Part shown: positions 40,582 through 49,080 of the stretch, piece after piece
How positions within the stretch are numbered: the stretch's first letter is position 1
Layout of the letters: each line of letters opens with the position of its first letter
IMG/VR virus record: IMGVR_UViG_3300025018_000098
Coordinates: 104,875-168,874 of that record
Source: a virus
Direction: 5' to 3' (one strand)
Length of the DNA stretch: 64,000 nucleotides
Translations under genes and position numbers: made by a program
Notes under the pieces: model-generated
Seen by the model: the letters and a program-made list of their open reading frames with translations, nothing else
Database searches by the model: none
Told to the model about the DNA's origin: nothing

Positions 40582-41182
40582 GTCCGGCCACCCCCGACGA
40601 CGTAGATGAGGAAGCCATCACGCACCGTCATGGGGTCCCACCCATGCATCTCAACCAGCGTGTCGAAGAGGTAGTCAGCCGTGTCGGCGTCCTCCACACT
40701 CCGCACCCAGTAGGTAGGTAGCTCCTTCTTCTTGAGCTTGGGTCGGTACTTACCCTTGTACGTGTGGCACAGCTCCCCGTACGCCTGGATGCGTGCGACG
40801 GGCTTTGCCTTGGGGTCCTTGTAGACACGGACCAACCGGGCCACCCTCCGAGCACGGCGCCCATCGAGCCCCTCCGGGTGTGCCAGGCCCAGCAGCAGTT
40901 GGTTGAGCCTCTTGGCTGGCTTCACACTCAGTCGCTTTTGTGCGGGCTTTGGAATGGTCGGCTTGGCTGGCTTGGCTTTCCTCATAGGGTACCCATATGC
41001 CCTCTCAACTGCCTCCCTGATCGCCTCGCTGTATTGGAACTCCAGGACGTCCTTCGACGACCTGGTGTGTCCTACTGCATGCTTCGGGAAGTGGTCATGT
41101 AGGTATCGGTACCGCTGAGCACGGTTGAGCTCGCGGAAGCGGGATGGACTAAGTAGGTGTGGGTTGTTCATGTTCTTCTCCT

Positions 41183-41701
41183 TCAATCTACAGGTTCACC
41201 CCGGAGGAACCACTTCTGCTTCCACCAGGGCGGGATGCGTACCTCTCGGAAGTTGCGCTCCATGAGTCGCAGCCGTCCGAAAGGTACGCCGTGAATCTGT
41301 CTCTGGTACGCCAGCATAAGATCCACAGGGATGTTGATGACTGTGGCCTGATAGCCACAAGCATCGGCCAAGGCCGTGTACGGAGCACACTCCGCGGTGG
41401 TCAAGTTGGTGTTGTCCACGATGATGTCTCGCCGGCCGTCCGACTGGACGACACGCAAGAACACCCTCAAGCACTCTGCGTGTGCCTGGCTCAGCTTCGC
41501 AGGGTCGAACACATAATCCATCCCCTCCATGAAGTAGTTGTCCGAGGACACCCATACAGGTGCCCCAGGAATGTCCGACACGGTTCGGGGGTTGTGTGCG
41601 CTGGCTGCGTTGAAGTATCCCCGCGCTATGTAGGACTTACCTGCTCCAGGGATCCCTCGAAGAATATAGGCCTGAGGGGGTTTGCTGACTGTGTCTGACA
41701 T
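41183..41701 (-). CDS. P-loop kinase (AAA_33 / polynucleotide-kinase-like)
   Basis: ILRGIPGAGKS, SSDNYF, IIVDNTN, HGVP. Confidence 0.85.
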   Translation of the reverse strand: MSDTVSKPPQAYILRGIPGAGKSYIARGYFNAASAHNPRTVSDIPGAPVWVSSDNYFMEGMDYVFDPAKLSQAHAECLRVFLRVVQSDGRRDIIVDNTNLTTAECAPYTALADACGYQATVINIPVDLMLAYQRQIHGVPFGRLRLMERNFREVRIPPWWKQKWFLRGEPVD

Positions 41702-41749
41702 AGTATCTCCTTCACCCTGCTTATAGGGCGGATGAAGGAGATATTGCAG

Positions 41750-42616
41750 TTAGCGGCGTGGACGATAAGGGACACCAGTGTACCGGCTATCCCAAGCCTC
41801 TGGGATGGGGGCACCCTCTCGCAGCGTGTAGCCGGGCCCGCCGTCGGTCAGGCCGAGCTCGCGCTGTGCCCACATGCCCACCTCTTGCCAGACCTTGGAG
41901 CCCGGGTCGCTCAGCTTCATCCCATTCGTCTGTCGGTGGGCGTGGATGTGTCTGAGCCTTCCGCCTTCATCGTAGACAGTGTTGTAAATGTGGGTGACCA
42001 ACAACCGGGTGTCATGGATCTGCTGGTCAGTGATGCTGTCCGGCCCTGGGTTGCCTGCGAAGCCACCCTTCCATGCCGTACGGGGGTCCCCTTCGATCCC
42101 AGCAAAGCATCCGTTGATCTCGATACCCACGTCCGGCTTGTTGAAGGCGTTCCCGTGCCACACGATCGAACGCATGTCGTGCATCTGCACAACACCATGG
42201 AAGGGGCGTTCCCGAATCACGGCAAAGTGGGCTGGGACGTTCTTGAAGCGCTCCGGCTTGTTCGACATCATGATGCCGGTCTGGTGCAGCGTGATCCCTG
42301 TGATGTCCTTCCACGCCCGGGACCCTTTGATGATGTTGCCTTTGCTTGGTGTCGTGCGGGCGATGTCGAGCAGCCCTACCCGGGGCGGCCTACTCTTGGC
42401 CCCGATGATCGTCTCGATGAGGGCATCAGGTACCGACTCCATAAAAGCCGTCGCGTCAATGCCGTGGTCATGCGCGTACTCCTGCACGGCGTGCAGAGTC
42501 TCGTACCCAAAGTCACCGTCAGCTCCGTACTTCGGAAGGTCATACTCGAGGGCGAGTAGTGCCCCCTGCAGCTTCAGCACATCGGCGCCCTTAGTTTTTC
42601 GTACTAGGAATGGCAT
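41750..42616 (-). CDS. Endolysin: peptidoglycan-binding domain plus amidase_2
   Basis: LQGALLALEY...DGDFGYETLHAV; ITLHQT...AHF...WHG...GIEING...HAHRQ...DPG. Confidence 0.85.
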   Translation of the reverse strand: MPFLVRKTKGADVLKLQGALLALEYDLPKYGADGDFGYETLHAVQEYAHDHGIDATAFMESVPDALIETIIGAKSRPPRVGLLDIARTTPSKGNIIKGSRAWKDITGITLHQTGIMMSNKPERFKNVPAHFAVIRERPFHGVVQMHDMRSIVWHGNAFNKPDVGIEINGCFAGIEGDPRTAWKGGFAGNPGPDSITDQQIHDTRLLVTHIYNTVYDEGGRLRHIHAHRQTNGMKLSDPGSKVWQEVGMWAQRELGLTDGGPGYTLREGAPIPEAWDSRYTGVPYRPRR

Positions 42617-43122
42617 GTCGTTCTCCTATAGCAAAATGAGACATGCGGCCCGAGCGGGCCGCGTCTCAGATGTTACTGCATGTCTCAGCCCTTGGGGGAC
42701 GCCACCTCACCGAGGTACTCGAGAAGCTCCGTGAAGCTCTCGAACTCCGTCTCTTCGACCCCCTTCTGGTAGACCACATAGGTGCACCCAACGATGTCCG
42801 GATCGCTGTCCGTGTACACCCCTGCTTGGTTGTCCTTCATCCAAGTGAGCACATTCTCGATCGTCGTCTTCATCTTTGTTGTTCCTTGCTCGCCATGATG
42901 ATCCCCACTACGAGGATCGTGAAGAACCCCAGGATTAGGGTCGCCGCGACAACAGGTGCCAGAAGTAGGCACCCGCGCCTCACCCACAGGCTGTGTTGCG
43001 TACCGCGCAGGCACACCGACACAAGCAATAGGGAGAAGCTCCAGTACGCCACTAGAAGTAGGTGCGTCATGTCGTTTCCTTCATCTTGCTCATAGGAAAA
43101 AAGAACATCTTCTTAGCAAAGA

Positions 43123-43156
43123 AGAAGGCCCCCTACCGAAGTAGGAGGCCGTTCTC
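43123..43156 (-). terminator. cUUCGg terminator upstream of promoter motif 43087-43096
   Basis: GGCCTCCTAC-TTCG-GTAGGGGGCC TTCTTCTTT. Confidence 0.65.
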
Positions 43157-43714
43157 AGCGCCGAGGCTCCATCTGGCGCCCACAGCATGTGGGGACGTCA
43201 TCCTTGATGGGCTTAAGGCTCCCACACTTGGTGCACTTGGCGATGGGCTGGGTTTCTCCGGTCTTCTGCATGAGCATTCTCCTGGGTGGGGGTCACAGAA
43301 CGAGGGTAGCACGCCTGCTTGAAGGCGAAGGACCGGATCATCAGGGTACGTGTGTTCTTGTTGATTTGTTGCTGCATAGCCAGCCGTCTTCCTTCTGCTC
43401 GATCGAGGGTCTTGCGTCGTTGACGACGTATCCAAGCCCCCCAGTTTCTTCGTGTCCACTCCCTGCTCTCGCAGTCGGCGGTACCAGGATCGCATCGTCA
43501 GGGCCTGCCTAGCGCTGTTGCAGCTAAAGCAGGCCGTCACGAGGTTGTGTGGGGCGTTCCTGCCCCCACGGTTGCTAGGCGTCACATGGTCCAACGTCAG
43601 GCGTAGGGTGGACCTGCAGTAGACGCAGGCGAAGCCATCCCGATGGTAGATAGCTAGCCGAGTACTTCTACGTATCCACTTGCTGCCGTGCTTGGCTGGC
43701 CTAGCCGGGCCCAT
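43133..43714 (-). CDS. HNH endonuclease (C-terminus probably frameshifted at G6, 43437-43442)
   Basis: RDGFACVYC...TLDHVTP..RGG.N...NLVTACFSCN. Confidence 0.85.
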   Translation of the reverse strand: MGPARPAKHGSKWIRRSTRLAIYHRDGFACVYCRSTLRLTLDHVTPSNRGGRNAPHNLVTACFSCNSARQALTMRSWYRRLREQGVDTKKLGGLDTSSTTQDPRSSRRKTAGYAATNQQEHTYPDDPVLRLQAGVLPSFCDPHPGECSCRRPEKPSPSPSAPSVGALSPSRMTSPHAVGARWSLGAENGLLLR

Positions 43715-44082
43715 GACGTACGGCGCTCGCCGCGGCGATGACCCTCGTCATCTTGCTCTCGTCCAACAGGTCAGACCACTGGAAGTCCATGTGCTTCATG
43801 GCGTCCATGATCTGTGCGAACTGCGGGCTCGCTAGGCGCCCACCTTCCTGCCTATGTAGGATGTTGCCTACTAGGCCCTCGATGGCTCCGTTCACCGCCT
43901 CTGCCTGCCCCGGGGTAGGCTGTACCTCCTGCATGAAGGTAACGATGAACCCGAGTACACAACGAACGGCCACCGACTCAGGTAGGTGACTGAGCAGTGC
44001 GAAGGTAAGTCCCTGCACGAGGTAGTCGTGGATGACCCCTTCATGCAGTTCCTTGGGCACCTTCTGGAGGATGGGTCCTAGA

Positions 44083-44751
44083 CTATCCTTCATAGGGGAA
44101 CCCAAAGGCTTTGCAGGTGCGCTGAAGGACACCCTCATCCAAGAAGAGGAAGGCGCCGTTGTTGAGGTCGAGCAGCCCCACAGGAGCTTGGTCCTCCTTG
44201 AAGACCTTCCCGGCCAGGTACTCGTGCACATGACCAGGATATCGCTTGAAGCTGCCTATGTACTGGGGGCCCTTCCCAAAGAGCCTTCGGTACATGTCCT
44301 CCATAGGATCGAGGTGCTCCTCTCTTGCTAGCAGGAACACCTCACGCTCGGCTGTGGAGTTCAGTGTGACCTTCTTGTCCAGCTGGTAGGTGCTAAGCGG
44401 GCGGACGCTGCTCTCCCGGAAAGTCATCTTGCGTACCCGGAACCACTCACGATCACGGTGCATCTTGCTCGCGCAGTCGGGCAGTGCCCCGAACTCAAAC
44501 TCGGCGGCACCCATGTAGTCGATCATGAAGAGCTTGTCCAAGACCGCACGGAGCTCTGGGCTCAGCCCCAGCATCCCGCCCCCGAAGGCATAGGCGACTG
44601 CCTGCTTCTGTGCGACAAGCACATGCGGTAGCTGAGTCAATCCCTGCAGTAGGAACCTGTTCTCGCACCAGGGCACGAGCTCTCGATCTGCGATTCGCTG
44701 TGCCTCGGTTGCTCTCTGGCGGCCCTTCTTCGTTGTGCTCTTCTTAGGCAT
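44083..44751 (-). CDS. Hypothetical protein
   Basis: DYMGAAEFEFGALP motif. Confidence 0.6.
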   Translation of the reverse strand: MPKKSTTKKGRQRATEAQRIADRELVPWCENRFLLQGLTQLPHVLVAQKQAVAYAFGGGMLGLSPELRAVLDKLFMIDYMGAAEFEFGALPDCASKMHRDREWFRVRKMTFRESSVRPLSTYQLDKKVTLNSTAEREVFLLAREEHLDPMEDMYRRLFGKGPQYIGSFKRYPGHVHEYLAGKVFKEDQAPVGLLDLNNGAFLFLDEGVLQRTCKAFGFPYEG

Positions 44752-46712
44752 CTTGCACCACCTGTGTCCTGCGTTGTTCCTGCAGCTTGATCTCCTTGCG
44801 GCACTTCACACAGGTCACCCTGTCATCTCGTGTCTCGAGTCGGGTGGTGGTCTTCGCCCCGCACAGGCTATTCCGCCCTGCGTCCAGCTTGTGTATCGGT
44901 TTCTTCTTAGCCATCCGTCATCTCCGTTATGTGCCCTTCTGCATCTACGAGGAAGACAGGTATCTCCCTCTCCTCCAGTAGTTCTTCTAGTACCTCCATG
45001 AGAGGGCTCACCTCCCCGAGAGTGTGCCCGGGGTTCCTAGAGTGGAGCACCAGTACGCACACAACATCGTCGAAGCACTCAGTGTTGGGCTGGTCCATCG
45101 TGAACTGCTCCGGGTGCGTACGGACCTGCAGCTCCGCGGCAGCGTCTCTCACACAGACGTCGAACCCCCATAGACCTCCTACTGAGGCGATAGGTTCGAT
45201 CCACGCATCCATGAACGTCTCTAGGATGTCCCCAACGATCTGAGTGTCGCTCCTCCATGTCCGGTTGATGTGGCCAACGAACGCCACGCGGTGTGCGCCC
45301 TCGGGCAATGAGGTCGCAAACCTGAGTAATGATTCCATGTGTCTCCTCAAGATACTGATAGGTGATCTGGCCATGGAACTGGCGGAGTATTCTCACACTC
45401 AGCGAGAGCATCATCGATTGCCTGCCTCAATCCGATCACCTTCGGGACGTCTGCGAAGGGCAGCAAGTACTCCTCTCCGCAGGCGTAGCACAGCAGCTGC
45501 ACCCCTCCTGTGTAGCCCCGCTTTCGATTGAGGTTCAACGACCAGTCCTCTCCATTCCACACGTGGGACGTCCAGTAGAGACATGGCGCGTTCGCATCGA
45601 TCACGCGGGGAGTATCGCCCACCTCGAGCCCAATAGGAAAAAGAGAATCCCCTGGCCCGCAGGCCAAGGGATTTCTAATCATCGAGACAGCTCGAGCGCG
45701 TCCCACGCCTTGACACTCAGGGTCATCTTGCGCCTCCGCACCACATGCTCCCGTATGTCCTCATCCTTCAAGTACTGCAGCACCAGGGCCTCTGGAACCA
45801 GTGCCCGGAGTCCACGCCTGTCCGCCAACTCGAGAAGCACAAGTCCTTGCTCGCCACACCTCTCACAGAGCCGATCATCATCGACCCTGCATCCGTAAGG
45901 GAGGTCAACATCGGTGGGATCCTCATCGAGCTCCGCCCACTTGTTGCCGATGAGCTCGTCTCTCTCCGCCGCTGTAGTGCGCCCATACGCTCGAATGCCC
46001 GTGTCCTCTTGGCACCCGGGGCACCGCCGGTAGACCCAGTGAACCCGGGCCATCACATCGCCCCACTGTGCTGGAAGTACTCATCGACAACCGCCAAGCA
46101 GTTGCGTAGTTGGGTTTCGTGCGTCTCCGTGTCCTCTTGCAGGAAGTTCCTCGCGAAGTAGGCCACATGCCGCAGCAGTGCCTTGGGGTTATTGACGTCT
46201 TCGATGCTGAGCTCCTTCCCGGCCTTGACCCGACGGGCCTCACCGAGCCACGCCGTCAGGTAGTCATACTCTGACTGCTTGTAGATCTTGGAGGACAAAG
46301 CCTTCTTTCTCCAAGTGGCGTAGTCCTTGGACTGTCTTCGGTCCCGGTCCCCTAGCTGCAGGTCGATGCTCCGTAGGGAGTAGCGAAGTAGCCGCAACCT
46401 GTCCTTGCAGTCACGGATATCTACGGGGGTCTCAAACGTTGGTGCGTTGTGTGCCATGGGGCTCTCCTTCAGAGATTTGGTACACGTAACAGAGCTTGCG
46501 CTCCGCCCGTGCTTTGTTGATGGTCTCTCGTATGCAGGGGGTGAGGCCAGAATGGGCCACAACCACTACATCGGCTTTCGCCATTGTTGTGTATTTGGTG
46601 ACGCAGTAGGCCGAAGCCTTCACTGCATCCTTTCGATGTTCTTCTAGTCCCAAGTAATAGGCGTTCATCTATCTCCTCATCTTGCTTATAGGAAAAAAGA
46701 GGGTCATTCCCG

Positions 46713-46762
46713 ACCCTCTTTCCTCACCCTCTTTCCTCACCCTTGCTCCTCACCCTTGCTCC
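46713..46762. repeat. 13-bp tandem repeat, about 4 copies
   Basis: ACCCTCTTTCCTC x2, then ACCCTTGCTCCTC and ACCCTTGCTCC. Confidence 0.8.
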
Positions 46763-47940
46763 AGCCGATGATACAGGGTCGTCATCCGCTCCTGTGGGTC
46801 ATTGTTTGTCAGGGCCTGATGGATGCCTTCCTCATTGCCCATGAGCACAACACCACGCTTAGCTCGGGTCACTGCGGTGTACAGGATCTGCCGACTCAAC
46901 ATGTACTTGTGTGCGTCGTGACAGATCACAACAACCCAGTCCCACTCGGACCCCTGTGACTTGTGGATCGTAAGGGCGTAGGCGAGACGGAGCTTCATGG
47001 CCTGTACTGCATCCAGGGACAGGACGGTGCCCTCAAAGTCGACAGTCACTGTGTCAGGTGCGACTGCCTTGACCACGCCCTCCTGCCCGTTGAACACCCC
47101 TAACTTATAGTCGTTGGCTGTGTAGATGATTCGGTCTCCTGCGGTCAGGTCGTAGTAGGTGTCATCCCTGTAGATCCTGAAGGTGTCTGCACCATCCTCT
47201 TGTGGGTTGATGCGTGCCTTGAGCCCCACGTTCAGGAGATCCACCCCGAGGCCATACTTGTTGTAGGGACCCAGCACCTGAACGGTGTCGTGCTCCTTGA
47301 GCATGATGCCTACCCTGCGAACAACCTGCTCTCGAGCCGCGTCCACGTTCTCGTGAAGCCTCACGTACATGAAGTCTGCGCGCTTCTTGAGGTCCAGCTC
47401 TGTCCCCTCGATGATGCGATAGGCGTTGTCGCAAACCCAGGAGCCTCGAGCAGACCTATGCACTGTCTTGAGGTGGACTGCCGGAATGCGCTCGCACTGA
47501 AGGATGTCCGCCAACACCCTGCCCGCGCCTACGGAGGGAAGCTGGTCTGCGTCTCCCACAAGAACCACTCGAGTGGTGCTCGGTATGGAGTTGAACAACC
47601 AAGCAGCCAACGTGGCGCTCAGCATGGAGGCCTCGTCAACGATGACCAGGTCCGGTGGGATCCAATCATCCCCGGCCTGCGTCTTGGTTATGAGCCACCG
47701 ATGGATCGTGAAAGCCTCTTCCCCAGTCGCCTCGGTGATGCGCCGGGCAGCCTTTCCTGTGGGCGCCAGCAGTACGTAGCGTGTCGCCACTGTCCTGCCT
47801 CCAAGGATACGGTTCAGTGCGATCCGCAGCGTGGTCGTCTTACCAACCCCAGGACCCCCGGTAACTACCCCGAAGGGGGCGTGCAGGATGAGCTGTGCTG
47901 CCTCCTCCTGATCATCATCAAGCGTGAACTCCGTCGTCAT
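46750..47940 (-). CDS. recD2: RecD2-like SF1B helicase, ATPase part
   Basis: GGPGVGKT, LAPTGKAA, IVDEASM, VGDADQLPSVG, AYALTIHKSQGSE, LYTAVTRAK. Confidence 0.95.
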   Translation of the reverse strand: MTTEFTLDDDQEEAAQLILHAPFGVVTGGPGVGKTTTLRIALNRILGGRTVATRYVLLAPTGKAARRITEATGEEAFTIHRWLITKTQAGDDWIPPDLVIVDEASMLSATLAAWLFNSIPSTTRVVLVGDADQLPSVGAGRVLADILQCERIPAVHLKTVHRSARGSWVCDNAYRIIEGTELDLKKRADFMYVRLHENVDAAREQVVRRVGIMLKEHDTVQVLGPYNKYGLGVDLLNVGLKARINPQEDGADTFRIYRDDTYYDLTAGDRIIYTANDYKLGVFNGQEGVVKAVAPDTVTVDFEGTVLSLDAVQAMKLRLAYALTIHKSQGSEWDWVVVICHDAHKYMLSRQILYTAVTRAKRGVVLMGNEEGIHQALTNNDPQERMTTLYHRLEQG

Positions 47941-48889
47941 CTTTGTCCTCCAGTCTCTGCAAGATGCACTTAGCTATCGTCTCTTCTGCGTTCGCGTACT
48001 TCCGGTGCATCAGCACAACGTGATCCTCATCGATGTCGAAGGTCACCATGGCCCCCTTGTCGACTAGGGCCACACAGGCATCCTCGAAGACACTCGACGA
48101 CAGGTGCATCTTGGTTGCGTAAGCGCTCTCCAGATCGTCGTAGTAGCTCGCTGTGTGCCCACCGAAGCTCAGCTGTTCCAGCGAGTAGAGCACCGCGGCT
48201 GACGTGCGCCGGGGATCATCCTCGGGAACGCCTGCCTGTTGTGCGAGGAAGTCGATACGTCCAAACGAGATGAGGCCATGGTCCGTGTACAGGGCGTACG
48301 GGTTCTCCTCGAACAAGCGGATGACATCCTCGAGTGTGACGTCATCCCCAAGCAGCTTCTGCCGCAAGGTTCCTATCACGTGGTCCGCCTCTCGCTGGCT
48401 GAAGCCGTACGAGAAAAAGCGAATCAGGGCTTCCCGCTCCCCGAGGTACTGGGCATACGCGTGCACGATGGCAGACATGCGGTCGTCACCAATGCCTTCA
48501 ACCTCCTTCAGTCGCTGCGGCTCTTCATCGATAACGTCCCACAGGGACTTGCCGAACGTGTCCCACACCCGCCTGGAGAGCACGTCCCCTAACAGCGGGA
48601 TGTACGTGGTCATCCAGAGGATGACGCCCACATCCGTCTTGGGCTCCTCCGCCACGTACCGGATGACCTTCACCTGCTTGCCATAGGTGGGGTGCTCCAC
48701 CCACTCCCCCTCGAGCTGCACTCGCTGCCCCTGTGTCAGCTGGTGGACGTTCCCTACGAAGGACACCTCGGTACGGGCCTTGGTCTTGCCGCTCGAGTCC
48801 GTCTCCCCGTCTGCCATCAACCGTCCGAAGCCCCAGCCTCCTGGGTAGACTCGAACGCTACTTACCTCCCCTACGATTAGCGTGGCCAT
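47918..48889 (-). CDS. recD2: RecD2-like helicase, N-terminal OB/HhH part
   Basis: GEWVEHPTYGKQ, LKEVEGIG, ENPY.L....ISFGRID, DPRR, GHT. Confidence 0.9.
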   Translation of the reverse strand: MATLIVGEVSSVRVYPGGWGFGRLMADGETDSSGKTKARTEVSFVGNVHQLTQGQRVQLEGEWVEHPTYGKQVKVIRYVAEEPKTDVGVILWMTTYIPLLGDVLSRRVWDTFGKSLWDVIDEEPQRLKEVEGIGDDRMSAIVHAYAQYLGEREALIRFFSYGFSQREADHVIGTLRQKLLGDDVTLEDVIRLFEENPYALYTDHGLISFGRIDFLAQQAGVPEDDPRRTSAAVLYSLEQLSFGGHTASYYDDLESAYATKMHLSSSVFEDACVALVDKGAMVTFDIDEDHVVLMHRKYANAEETIAKCILQRLEDKDDDGVHA

Positions 48890-48950
48890 ATGGTCTCCAA
48901 ACTTTGCCGAGCAAGATCCTATCTTGGTCTGCATTTCAAAATGTTATGAG

Positions 48951-49050
48951 AAAAAAGAGGAGCATGCACTCCTGGCCCCCGTCCACACAGAAGTGCGGAG
49001 ATGAGGAAGGGGGACCGATTCAGGGCCCAGGGTGCATGCTTCTGCTCTCA
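48951..49050 (-). ncRNA. Candidate small RNA with anti-SD-like loop
   Basis: Promoter motif 49054-49063; long stem AGCAUGCAC-CCUGG/CCAGG-A-GUGCAUGCU; loop CCCCCUUCCUCAU; hairpin UCCGCAC/GUGUGGA; U6 end. Confidence 0.6.
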
Positions 49051-49080
49051 CATTGCTTATGGGCGTCCCTGCCCCTGTTT

